A DNA stretch of 60,326 bases, counting the filler, from an uncultured Myxococcia bacterium (GTDB taxonomy: Bacteria; CAZTWC01), in the NCBI GenBank assembly GCA_964617105.1. It is 4 parts of 4 records of this genome, joined end to end, with 100 filler letters (N's around TTAATTAATTAA, not from the genome) between each part and the next. Parts side by side here need not be neighbours in the genome. Positions count along the whole stretch, not along the records: positions 1 to 15,368 come from CAZTWC010000066.1; positions 15,469 to 30,710 come from CAZTWC010000067.1; 2 more parts are not named here. The stretch is one strand, 5' to 3'. The notes beneath the pieces were generated by a model. The model worked only from the letters and a program-made list of their open reading frames with translations. It made no database searches and was not told the DNA's origin. Below, piece by piece: positions 10,552 to 21,400 of the stretch (its first letter is position 1; each line of letters begins with the position of its first letter). A program made the translations under genes and the position numbers.

Positions 10552-11682
10552 ATGTCAAACAAGATTTTTTACCTATCTGCTATCTTGGTAACTTTATTTC
10601 TCTGCGCCTGCCAAGATAAAATCCCGGTCCAGGGACCCTTTCCTGGAAAAGGGGGGAATTATGTGCTGGATACCGGCGGAGGAAAAAAACCTGATACCGG
10701 TTGGTATCCTTCCATCGAGGTGGCTAAAGATGGTTCCATTCACCTGGCTTACTGCGATGTTTATCTGGGCGATCTCCGTTATGCCTATCGAGCCCCGGGT
10801 AAAAAAGGGAACGTTTGGCAAAAAAGTATTGTTGATGGCGATGGCGCGGTGGGCAAATATATCTCTCTACAACTAGACAGTAAGGGCCGCCCCCATATTG
10901 TTTATTATGATCAGGATTTCAAACACTTTCGTCATATTACCAAACTGGGACACCAATGGGAATCCGACCTCATCGATGTAGGCCTTGAGATCGGGATGGG
11001 TAATTCCTTTATTATCGCCGCTGATGGAACCATGCACCTGATCTATTATAACCACCGTAGTAATTTAATGTATGCTCATCGCCGGGTAGATGCCAAAAAA
11101 AAGGTCTGGAAAAAACAATTGGTAGATAAGGTTCAGGGCAGTTACTCCTCCCAAACCGGCCTGGCGGTAATTCCTTCGGGAAAAATTATTGCATCCTATT
11201 TAGATTGGAAATTGGTGGATAGTGAACTCAAATATGCACTGCTATCCAATGGAAAGTGGAAAATCTCTCCCCTGTGGAAAAAAGATAACCCGGGTTGGAA
11301 AAGCGCTATTACCGTAGATAAAAACCAAAATATATCACTAGCCTTTCTCTCCTTAAAAAAACACCATATCTATCTGAAAACCTTTAAAGGGGGGATATGG
11401 AGCGGCAATGTACTATTAGAAGACGCCACTAGTTTCAAAATGGCTTCCTTAAACCGGGGGGAAGAGCAAGTAATCGCCTATCAATACAATCCGGGTAGGT
11501 TATACGGCTCTGGCATGCTCTATTACGGTAAAACCAATCAGGGTAAATGGAGCGTGTATATAGCAGATGATAGTCCCAGAGTAGGAGCCCACCTGGATGT
11601 TGCCTTCACTCCAGAGGGACAGGTCATCATCGCCTATTACGATACTCAAAAGAAAAATTTGAAAATTTATGAAGAGGAGTGA
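10552..11682 (+). CDS. Lipoprotein, predicted beta-propeller
   Basis: Lipobox LCAC; about 7 repeats of G-x-Y-x-S-(I/L)-x-x-D-x-x-G-x-x-H-(I/L)-x-Y. Confidence 0.75.
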   Translation: MSNKIFYLSAILVTLFLCACQDKIPVQGPFPGKGGNYVLDTGGGKKPDTGWYPSIEVAKDGSIHLAYCDVYLGDLRYAYRAPGKKGNVWQKSIVDGDGAVGKYISLQLDSKGRPHIVYYDQDFKHFRHITKLGHQWESDLIDVGLEIGMGNSFIIAADGTMHLIYYNHRSNLMYAHRRVDAKKKVWKKQLVDKVQGSYSSQTGLAVIPSGKIIASYLDWKLVDSELKYALLSNGKWKISPLWKKDNPGWKSAITVDKNQNISLAFLSLKKHHIYLKTFKGGIWSGNVLLEDATSFKMASLNRGEEQVIAYQYNPGRLYGSGMLYYGKTNQGKWSVYIADDSPRVGAHLDVAFTPEGQVIIAYYDTQKKNLKIYEEE

Positions 11683-11740
11683 ATAAAGCCACTGATTTCT
11701 GATAGAAATATGGTATTATAAATTTATAGGAGACATCATC

Positions 11741-11956
11741 ATGCCCTGGGAAAAGATCTTTGCTTTGTTAGTGTTTATCGGTTTTATTAGCGGAGCGCTC
11801 TATTTGGGATCAAAAATTACCCCAAAAGCGGGCGGCGGCTGAGGTATTACACCACCAACCGCTGGAGGCGGTGTCAAAGATAGTTCAAAGAACACTAATG
11901 GATGTTCCTGTAATTGCGATTCAAAAGAAACCCAAAATGATTCCAAACCATCTTAA
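11741..11956 (+). CDS. Small membrane-anchored protein with in-frame TGA, candidate selenoprotein (71 aa with readthrough, 33 aa without)
   Basis: AGGAG RBS at 11728, then ATG, one TM helix, GGG-TGA-G at 11840-11842, a downstream hairpin ACCGC-TGGAG-GCGGT, and an open frame through CSCNC to TAA at 11956. Not in the ORF track. Confidence 0.6.
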
Positions 11957-12104
11957 TTTTCCTTAATTTTCCTGAATCTACACAGTTTATTCTGTTCCGT
12001 AAAGGACAAAGATACCATGGGAAGTGATTGGATAAGCGTAGGTTCTTCTACGCCGAGGCCGAAGGTCATCCCCGTGGGAAGGACGATTTTGGGTTCAGCA
12101 ACGT

Positions 12105-12131
12105 AGTTAGTCGGGATGCATCCGAATTCTA
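12105..12131. repeat. Family B repeat copy at the stop codon of the 12129-12740 gene
   Basis: AGTTAGTCGGGATGCATCCGAATTCTA matches the copies at 6107-6168. Confidence 0.7.
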
Positions 12132-12740
12132 AGCTGCTAGTTGTTGGCATATATCCATACTAATCTCCTCCCACCTCTCTAACAGGGGATGGAGTTCATA
12201 TTCGATTAAGTCAGCCAGTAAAATCCAGTCGTCATTTTCCTGGGCCTCCAACAACTCCTTGGCTGTGACCAGAAAATCTTTACTAAATTCAGCAAAAATT
12301 TCCATACTCTGCAGCTGCTCCATAGAAGCGAAGTAGGGGCTGATTAGATTGAGGAAATCGATAAATTTGGATAACTCGTTGATAGCCTCAATATATGCAG
12401 TATAAGCCTGGGAGATATCACCCATCCGAAAAAAATCGGCACTTTTTCCAAAATATTCTTTTAAAGAGTAGATCTGGTTGCTGGTATTGCGTATAGCCTC
12501 AATAGCGATGTTGTTTGGTGAATTGGTAAAAATCATCAATTCATCAATCTGTTCAACGGGAAGGCCAGCCTGTTCATTTTCTTGCTCCAACGAAACTTCG
12601 GCCCGATTCAAGACAATATTGGAAATAATATGTCCATTGGGCAGATGTTGTTTCTTCGTCCACTCGATCACATCTTTGAAAGTAGCGATGGATTGGTTAC
12701 TAATATCTACGCTGTTACCGTTTATAAATAAGTCTCCCAT
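12129..12740 (-). CDS. Conserved hypothetical protein associated with flagellar gene clusters
   Basis: C-terminal ENDDWILLADLIEYEL motif; AGGAGG RBS; lies downstream of fliD/fliS. Confidence 0.65.
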   Translation of the reverse strand: MGDLFINGNSVDISNQSIATFKDVIEWTKKQHLPNGHIISNIVLNRAEVSLEQENEQAGLPVEQIDELMIFTNSPNNIAIEAIRNTSNQIYSLKEYFGKSADFFRMGDISQAYTAYIEAINELSKFIDFLNLISPYFASMEQLQSMEIFAEFSKDFLVTAKELLEAQENDDWILLADLIEYELHPLLERWEEISMDICQQLAA

Positions 12741-12812
12741 GATCTCCTCCTTTAGAGAACTGATTTAACCTGAATATGTTTTCTGCTCAAATTCAACTCA
12801 CTGTAATATTAT

Positions 12813-12829
12813 TGCAATTGCTATGCCAA
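12813..12829 (-). promoter_or_regulatory. Sigma-54 (-24/-12) promoter
   Basis: Minus strand reads TTGGCATAGCAATTGCA, i.e. GG-N10-GC with TGGCA and TTGCA boxes, about 70 nt upstream of the ATG at 12740. Confidence 0.75.
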
Positions 12830-12850
12830 AAGGCCTATCCCAATTAAAAT

Positions 12851-13879
12851 CTATACATTTTCAATTAGCAACTCCATATTAAAAGGCTTATAAATAACCG
12901 GATTATCTATACTTTTTAAGAATCTTTCTGCTCTCTCTTCGGTAGCACCGCCAGTGACAAAAACTATTTTATCCTCCATGCCAGGATAATTGAGTGCCAA
13001 ATAATTGAACAATTCTATGCCGCCTTGACCGGCAATACTAATATCCGCCACAATTTTGTCAAAATTTTCCTGCTCAATCTGCCGAAAAGCCTCCTGGCCG
13101 TCATAAGCAATGGTAACATTACAAGTGTTTTCTAAACACATTTTCATCGCCTCCACAATGGCTATATCATCATCCACCACCAACACCCGGCGTTTATGTT
13201 CAGGTTCCTTCTGGGTTCGCTCTTTCTGCTCCTGCTCCTGCTCCTCATTACCTATAGGTAAAAGTATAGTAAAAGAAGTACCTCGAGGCAATCTTTTTAT
13301 TTTTAATTCTCCCCGGTGAAGTGTAACAATTTTTTGACTTATACTGAGACCATAACCTCGTCCTCTACTACCTTTTTTGGAATACCCCGGCTGTAAAACC
13401 TGTTCTATCTGCTCTTTGGTAATACCGCATCCAAAGTCCCTGACCCTAAAACACAGCCTGGAGTTGCGACGAAATATTGACAGCACCAACCGTCCCCCCG
13501 GTCTGGAAGCCTCGGCCCCATTTTTCAACAAGTTAAAAAGAGCGATACAAAACTGCATCTTGTCTAAAGTGATAGTTTCAGAACTGCTGACGCGAATCCG
13601 TTTCACTAACCTTATATTTCGTTCCTTAATAAGCGGTTCTATCCTGGACTCAACCTGTTTTAATATATCGGCCAGAGAACATTTTCCCACTTCAAGTTGA
13701 TAAAATTGCTGCGGATTATGCAAAAAACCTAAGTATTGCTCCAAAAGTTTAAAGGAGTTGTCCAAATGGCCTAACAGCATCCCCTTTTCCTGGTTGGATT
13801 CAGACGTAATCAATTGCTGCAAACATATCTTGGCGGGCGCCAAGGCATTGTTTATCTCATGAATAATCTCTATGTTCAT
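12851..13879 (-). CDS. Hybrid histidine kinase/response regulator without a sensor domain
   Basis: H-box HEINNAL at residue 7, N-box NLLKNGAEA, DFGCG, GRGYGL, and a receiver domain VLVVDDD...D...VTG...KPF. Confidence 0.9.
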   Translation of the reverse strand: MNIEIIHEINNALAPAKICLQQLITSESNQEKGMLLGHLDNSFKLLEQYLGFLHNPQQFYQLEVGKCSLADILKQVESRIEPLIKERNIRLVKRIRVSSSETITLDKMQFCIALFNLLKNGAEASRPGGRLVLSIFRRNSRLCFRVRDFGCGITKEQIEQVLQPGYSKKGSRGRGYGLSISQKIVTLHRGELKIKRLPRGTSFTILLPIGNEEQEQEQKERTQKEPEHKRRVLVVDDDIAIVEAMKMCLENTCNVTIAYDGQEAFRQIEQENFDKIVADISIAGQGGIELFNYLALNYPGMEDKIVFVTGGATEERAERFLKSIDNPVIYKPFNMELLIENV

Positions 13880-13916
13880 CTCTGCTCCACAACGTAGTCA
13901 GGTTATCCTCTAATAA

Positions 13917-14348
13917 CTAAATTGATCTCTGCACAAAGTAAGCATTCTTTTTATTAGAATGGTAACCGCGCAACATCTTTTTGCCTTTCTGAATTTCCTT
14001 CAATTTGCTCTTAAGCAGGTCCCTCCTGGCACACATAACTATCGATATTTCCGTATCTATATCGCTGATTTCAGCCAATGATTGCTTAATTTTTTCTGAT
14101 AAACCAACAATCATTTTTTTGGCGGACTGGTTATGCGTCTGCTCCTTTTGTCGCCATATTTTATTAAATGCACTGAGTTGTTGATCATATTTTTTCAACT
14201 GACCTATAATCCCCTGACGCTCTGCAATACAGGCATTGATCTGATCAAAATTATCGGCTGGATCCAGGAGGGGCATCCTGCGGCTGATCTCTAAGATTTC
14301 CTGAATCAATTCCAGTCGTTTGGTCAACAATTCAATATATTTTTTCAT
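13917..14348 (-). CDS. FliT/FlgN-like flagellar chaperone
   Basis: Helical 143-aa protein overlapping the fliS stop, ending K..LRGY as in FlgN/FliT-like proteins. Confidence 0.6.
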   Translation of the reverse strand: MKKYIELLTKRLELIQEILEISRRMPLLDPADNFDQINACIAERQGIIGQLKKYDQQLSAFNKIWRQKEQTHNQSAKKMIVGLSEKIKQSLAEISDIDTEISIVMCARRDLLKSKLKEIQKGKKMLRGYHSNKKNAYFVQRSI

Positions 14349-14728
14349 GATTTCTTCTCGATCACCTGGCTCCAGGCATTTTTTAGGTTTTGCAGCAAAT
14401 TGATCACCGTATCCACATCTTTCTCGTTTACCTCGATATTTGCTTTGGTCAATTTATCGCTCATAAATAGATATAGATTCTCCAGGTTGGTGCATAGTTC
14501 CGGAGCAACATTGTGATCCAGAGTGTGCATCAACTCGTGAATAATAGCCTGGGCATCCACAATATACTTGCCTTTGGCAGCATAATCTTTCTTTTGCATC
14601 ATCCGCTTTGCCTGCTCACAATAACGGATAACTCCCTCATAAAGCATTAACAATAATTTCCCTTTGTTGGCAGTATTAACTCCAACCTTGCGGTACTGGT
14701 TTATGCCGTTGTGCCCTAACTTTCCCAT
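14345..14728 (-). CDS. fliS: Flagellar export chaperone FliS
   Basis: Y..V.VNTA..GKLLLMLYEG, AQAIIHELMHTLD, NLENLYLFM and LKNAW. Confidence 0.95.
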   Translation of the reverse strand: MGKLGHNGINQYRKVGVNTANKGKLLLMLYEGVIRYCEQAKRMMQKKDYAAKGKYIVDAQAIIHELMHTLDHNVAPELCTNLENLYLFMSDKLTKANIEVNEKDVDTVINLLQNLKNAWSQVIEKKS

Positions 14729-14763
14729 GAATTATATCCTCTATCCTCCTATCAACTCTGACA

Positions 14764-15368
14764 TTACATGGCACTCATATAACCGGACTGAGCCTGCAAC
14801 TGGCTAATAGCAATTTCCATGGCGGTAAATTGCCTGACCAACATTTGCTCATAACTTGCAACCCTCATCTCCTGGTTCTCTATCTGATCATCCAGATCAT
14901 CAATGGAATCATCTATGCCATCGATACGGGCCTCTAGCAGCCCCTTGAGGGTATTGCCGTTCTCATCCTGGGTTGCTTCGGTAAACTCCTTGATCATATC
15001 CGCCATTTGTTTGGCGACCCCCTCGGTCCCCTGATCGGTGTCATCGATAAATATCCTGGCGACCCCTCTGAAATCGGAGTTTATAGCGGTATTAAAATCA
15101 TCGGTGTCTATTGAGAGCAGTCCAGTGCTGGAATCGGAAGTGACCCCTATTTGAGAGAGAGCCGTGTAGTTACCCGTCAAACCGGTGACAGAGGAACCTA
15201 AAAGACTCCTTAACCTGCTCTGAATAGTCCTTAAGGTGGAATCACCTGACAGACGGTTATTCCCCTTGGCCGCTCCACTAAAAGCCATCTCGTTGTTGAT
15301 AGTGCTGAATACATTGTTTATCTGGTCCAGCATCTCTTGGACTTTATTCTTAATAGCTGTATTATCAG
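14764..15368 (-). CDS. fliD: Flagellar filament cap FliD, C-terminal part (truncated by contig end)
   Basis: LSGDSTLRTIQSRLR, LSQIGVT and C-terminal LVRQFTAMEIAISQLQAQ; upstream of fliS. Confidence 0.92.
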
Positions 15369-15468
15369 NNNNNNNNNNNNNNNNNNNNNNNNNNNNNNNN
15401 NNNNNNNNNNNNTTAATTAATTAANNNNNNNNNNNNNNNNNNNNNNNNNNNNNNNNNNNNNNNNNNNN
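15369..15468. other. Artificial contig linker
   Basis: N44-TTAATTAATTAA-N44 (stops in all six frames); identical to the other two linkers. Confidence 0.98.
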
Positions 15469-18400
15469 TGAATATTGTCAATATCTACTCCACCAACTGA
15501 GCCTTTAAAAATAGACGAAGTGCTGCTGGTAAAATCTAAATTTGAACTATAGAGTAAGGTTTTTTTCTGTTGGGCTTCTATCTGAGAAGGAGCATTTTCA
15601 TAATCATCAAAGGGTTGGACAAAAACACAATAGTGGGTGTCCTCATCATCTCCGGTTTTTAAGGTTATCCCTTCGGTGATTTTAAAATACTGATCCTGAC
15701 CGGGATCAACTATTGTGCCAGCCCAGGTTACGTTTTCAACACCGTTATCATCAATATTAACCTGGTCGCAACCACTGGTAGTCTCCAAATAGGCAACTTT
15801 ATAACCTCCAACTTTGTATGAGCCAGTACTATCTCCATCATCACTGGGCGCTGTCCATTTGAGGCTCAGATGGACTTTGCGATCATCACAACTGGCTGAG
15901 GCATTGGCGCAGATAGTTGTGCAGGATGAATCATCCGCCAGGTTCAGGTCATTGCCATTGCTGTCTTTGCCGTTAAAAGTTCTGCTCCGGCAAATGATCG
16001 GAGTAACGGCATCTGGTGGTTTTACATCAACATTAACCGTTATAGCCAGGCTTTCAGCCAGGTTATTGTTGCTGTCATATACTTTGGCCTTTACCAGGTG
16101 TGAACCTCCCTGAGTTAATTTTCCGGCTTCGAAAATAGTAAAAGTTATATCAGCCGGGTCAGTAGTAATATCTACGGCGCCAGAAATTAAAGTGGAGCCA
16201 TTATAAAGATAGGCTTTACCACCATTAGCGCCAGTAACATTAATAGTGAAGTTTTGCTGCAAATCATCGAGAGAATCATTCAGGTCAGCAAAATCCTGGC
16301 TGGAATTTCCTTTAGCAGCATAATTATAAATGAGTTTGGACTCTTGATTGGGACTGGTGAATTTAACCACTGGCTCGGTTAAATCAACACTGATGTTTTT
16401 TACATCAGTGGCATAATCACTCCCAGATACAGTAACGAATGCCTGTATTTGGTTGGTGCCAGCAGACAAGGTAAGTTTAAATTCACCTTTGTCTTTAGTT
16501 ACCGTTGAGGTTGCTGCTTGTTGGCCATCTTTCATCAATTTAATATCTGAACCATCGGGAGCACCAACAGTATTAACTTTAAAAGTAATTTCAAAATTAC
16601 CAGAGCCTTTATCTGTGCAATCACCACCAATGCAGTTTTTATTGTATAAATAATAAGTTGTATCAGAAATAATACCCGTTGACGGCAAATTACTAAGAGA
16701 TATGGAAGTGGTGAGAGAGTTGTTGAGGGTCACAGTTTTGACAACCACGGGATTCTCATTGATATCTTTCATGGAAGCAGTGATTATGTGATCTCCTGGT
16801 TTACTAAGGGTGACGGTTATTTCTGTTGCGCCATCATTTTCGGTTTTTCCAGTATGGGTTAACACGCCATCTTGGTCAGAGGTAAGGGTTATTGGTTGAT
16901 TATCTTCTACATTGGAATAGGTTAAATTTAAGTTGGCTTGAAAACCACCCGTATTTGGATCAGCGTCAGTCCCACTGGTGGAAGTCAGAGTAAAACTATT
17001 TATGATTGGCACAATAGTATCCAAATGAACCGGCACCCAGGCAGAAACTCCTTCGTTGCCGGCTGCATCGCTGACTTTAGTTCTAAGGTTTTGGTTACCC
17101 TCTTCTGTCAAACTGGCAGTGGCAGTGACTGTACCATTGGTTAAAACGGGGGACCCCTCCTGAATACCGTCAGTGCCCCCTTCCCTTTCAACCGTAACCG
17201 CATTACCATTGGCATCGGTGTCAGCAGTCAGTTCCAGCGCAATTTGGTAGCCGGCGGTGTTGGAATCCAGATCACCAGGTGTAGAAACAGTGGTGAATTT
17301 TTGGTTGGCAGTAGGTCTAATAATACTGATAGTTGGAGCGGTAATATCTACGGTAGTATTGAAGGAAGCAGTATCTTCGTTTTTATTGCCAAAAGAGTCA
17401 ATAACTTCTGCAGTTACTTTATGACCACCTTCCGTCATAGTTATTTGATTGGCTGGAGTATTGGCAGCATTAAAGGTAGCTGTGTTACCATCAATCACCG
17501 CTTTTCCTAAGGTGCCTCCGTTGGTGGAGATCAATGTCACTTGCCGGCCGCTGTCATCGCTGTTACTCATAGTAACCGTAAAATTGGCCTGCAGATTTGC
17601 CACATTGCTGTCTTCATCTTCCGCCTTACTCAACTGGTTGGTTGGAGCAGTATCTTCAGAATTGCAGACAATAGAAGTTACCTGGGGAACGATTGAATCT
17701 ATTTCAATAGTTAAAGAAGGTTTGGTACCTTCCCGGGTATTATTCCTGGTGTTAACCAAATTGATTCCATCAGTAGCAATAGCGATTACTACATGCTTAC
17801 CCTGATTCATATCAATACCGTTAAAAGAGGCTCTGTTGGTGGCCAAAGCGGCTTTTCCTAAAGATTTATAGGTTATTCCATTACCATCTAAACCACTGCA
17901 GAAAGTATTGGACTCTCCGCCATTGGTGGAACATAAATAGAGTTCACCTTCTGAAAGATTCATGGTGTTAATCAGGATATTAGCCTGAAATCCCTCTTTG
18001 GTTATATTGGAATCATTATTTTTAGACCATTGAGTGTCTGAATCTGGGTTTAGAAAATAGATTACCGGTGCATTAGTATCAACAACAGCATTGATATAGG
18101 TCGAGGATGAATTGCCAGAAACATCATTAACCGAAATATCGATTATATTGGTTACTTTTTCACCTTTATCGACCACCACATCTTTGAAGATATATAGCGA
18201 AATATCCTTAACGATAGTTTGGGTATATTTTCTGGTTGAAGTTTTATTCACAATTAGAACAATTTCTTGACCAACTTCAACATCTGTTGCTTGAACAGTA
18301 AAATTCAAAGAATAATTATCGCCATCCTTATGGTTGGTGTCGTCAACGATACCATAGAAAAAATCTTTCCCCCCACTTTCATCCGGGTTAACAAACTTAA

Positions 18401-21400
18401 TGGTTGGTCCAATGTTGTCGTGGGTGATGGTGGTGGTGGCTTCACCCTTATTGCCAGCCTGGTCGGTTATTGTGACCTTGATGGTATTATCGCCATTTTC
18501 CTTGACCAGATTAACCAGGCCGGAATAGGTATTACCCACAATAGAACCTGGGTAGTCTTGCGAATTAGTTCCATCCGATACATTGATGGTGACTGTCCGG
18601 GGAGTTCCGGTGTCATTGCTGTTAACTGTACCAAAAATGGTGATGTTGCTGGTTACATTTGAAAAACTGGCTTTCAATGAATCATCAATGGTGATGGTGG
18701 GGGCCGACGTATCAACCGTTACAACAACTGTTGGAGTGGTTATTTTAGTTCCTTTTATTACCTGAATTAAAATGGTGTTTTTGCCCTCATCCAGGCCAGT
18801 GATGGTTTTACTGAAGGTGGCACCGTCTTTGTCCGCAGCCAGCCCTTTTATTAGTATGGTAATAGTTTGGTCCTCATCTTCAACTTCATTACCTTGAACC
18901 GTTTTATAGATTTTACCTTCAATAGTGACCTGGTTTTGCTTGGTGATATATCCGTATTCTGTTGTAATTTCCGCTTGAGTTGGTTTGGTAATTTTTACAA
19001 TCGGACTGCCGGTATCGAGAGAGATAATTTTAGTAACTTGTGTAGATTGGTTACCTGCCTTATCAATGGCTGAAATCTTAAGTTGATTGCTGCCTTCTTT
19101 TAAAGCAATATCGATATTGAATTTAAATTTGGGTCCATCGGCCGTAAGCTGTGCGGGGGCAATCACGGTGGTCTCGTTTTGTTTGTCAATATTGATAATG
19201 GTTACGGTTGCCTGGTCGTCATTTACTTTACCAACCAGGGGTGCCGGGGTTGTATCAGTAGTAGCGGCTATAATCACATCGCTAATCTCTGGAGCGGTTT
19301 TATCAAAAATTACCCAAAAACTCTTCTCTCCAGTGTTGCCAGCCGGAGTTTCAGCGCTTACAATAATTTCTTGCCTGGTTTCAGAGGTAAGGGTTTGGGT
19401 AGTTTTAAAATTACCATTTGAGGAAACATCAGCGGTTTTGTCTGCTCCGTTGACATTGACATAGAGTTTAGTTCCGGTTTTGAAATTTTGGATATTACCC
19501 ACAATTACCAACTGACTTTGGTTGGTAAGATAATCCTTGCTGGTGTCGGGCGAAGAAATAGTTACCACCGGCACATCAATGTCATAGATAATGGTCAGGG
19601 TGACTACTGTAATGTTGCCCACCTTGTCTTTGGCCTCAATATAGATGATATTGTTACCGGCAACCAATTTAAGATTATGAGACCAGGTTTTTGCATTGGA
19701 ATCGTAAGTATCTGTGTTGGCATAAACATTGTTGCCTAATTTGACGCGGATGGAAGCCACTCCACTGCCGGATAAAGTATCGCTAATCTTGTCATCCACA
19801 GTACCTTCCAGGATGATATCCTCTTTGTTGGTAATTTTGGTAGCAGTAATATCTTTAGTTGTGGTTGGGCTGGTTTTCTTAAAAATCTTAGTTAAAATCA
19901 ACTCTGGATCACCTTTATCCAACAGTAATGTATCTGATATCTCTTTCTCATTACCGGCCATATCAACGGCTTTGACGGTAACTGTTTTTTCACCATCATC
20001 GCCGCTAAGGGCTAACTGGTAGGTGTAGTCATATTTTTTAGTGGTTTCATTATAGGTAGAGGTGGCTGCATTACCGTTTAGAGTTAGTGCACTGGTTTTT
20101 TCGTCAACAGTTCCGCTAACTTTGACCACCCCCTGATTGGTTGCCACAGGTGTTATGGTGATTGCCGAAAAATTCATGGTAACCGTGGGCTCTTTTGTAT
20201 CTAAAGTTACTTTGATATTGGCTTCATCCTGGTTTACGTCATCATCGTATTTGACGGTAATGGTTTTTTCGCCATCACCAGTGGTTAAATCAACTTCTAG
20301 TTCCCAGGAGTAGGGATCTGCAGTGCCGGTAATCGGCACTTGCTGGCCAGGATTATCAATATCACCATAGACAGTAATTTTGGTTAGGTTGGTGGCCACA
20401 GTACCTTTGACCAGGACTTTTATCCGATCTTTGAAATAGGATCCCGGGGTGGGTGAATCGATATTGAATTTGGCATCGGCAGGTTTGTAAATAACTTCTA
20501 TGTTGTTTTCACTGTTAACTTCGTTGGAGTTGCCTATTAAGTCTACTGCTTTGACTTGAATGGTATTGGTAGCATATTTCTCCAGCGATATTTTATCTGG
20601 AAAAGAAAAATTAATATTTGGCGCTATACCGGAAGTGGTGGCGGTTTGGATTTGTTTTTGATTGTTGATCCACAACTCCAGGGTATTAACTTCTTCATTA
20701 AGGGTACCTGAAATAGTATGTTCTTGCTGATTGGAAATGTTTTTGCCATTGATAGTAGAGTATTGCAAAGAGGTTATTTTAACCACAGGACCGGTGGTGT
20801 CAATGGTAATAATCCGGTTAATTGTCTTTTGGTTGCCGGCCTTGTCCGTAGCGGTAATAGCGATATTTTTGGCTCCATCACCAGGTTTTATATCTATCTC
20901 CTGGGAAAACTGCAATTGGGCATCTGGAACAATATTGTTTACCGTAGTAACAATGTCGCCGCTTATACTGATAGTGGCGCTGGGGTCGGTAGTGCTGCCA
21001 TGGACGATAAATTTGGTTAACTGGGTACGGGCACCGGCAGAAGGTGGAGCAGTTACCGCCAACTCTGGGGCTTCGCTGTCAACATAAACGGTTTTGGTTA
21101 TAGTAGTAATATTTCCGGCGGTGTCGGTGGCTTCTATATCAATCTGGTTGGATTGTCCGGCAATTAAGGGTACCTGTTTGGAGAAATTACCGCTCGCATC
21201 GGTTTGGATATCTTTACCCTCAATTTTTACTTTAGCGAATTCATCTACATTTCCGGTAACAGTGATAGCCAGAGTGTTGACATAAGTTGGGTCTTCGGTG
21301 GGATAGGTAATTTCCAATACTGGTGGTTTTGAATCTACCAGCACCTTAAATTCATCAACTTTAGCCTTGATACCGGCCTGGTTGGCAACCTCAGCCTGGA

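Noticed and set aside
11840..11842. Genome-wide UGA recoding (code 4/25) as the explanation for the in-frame TGA
   Set aside because: TGA is a normal stop for lolA, fliS, rimM, trmD and rnj, and long genes contain no internal TGA.
15369..15468. Three identical TTAATTAATTAA palindromes flanked by Ns (also 30711-30810 and 45828-45927)
   Set aside because: These are artificial six-frame-stop contig linkers. Stops and gene adjacencies across them are not biological.
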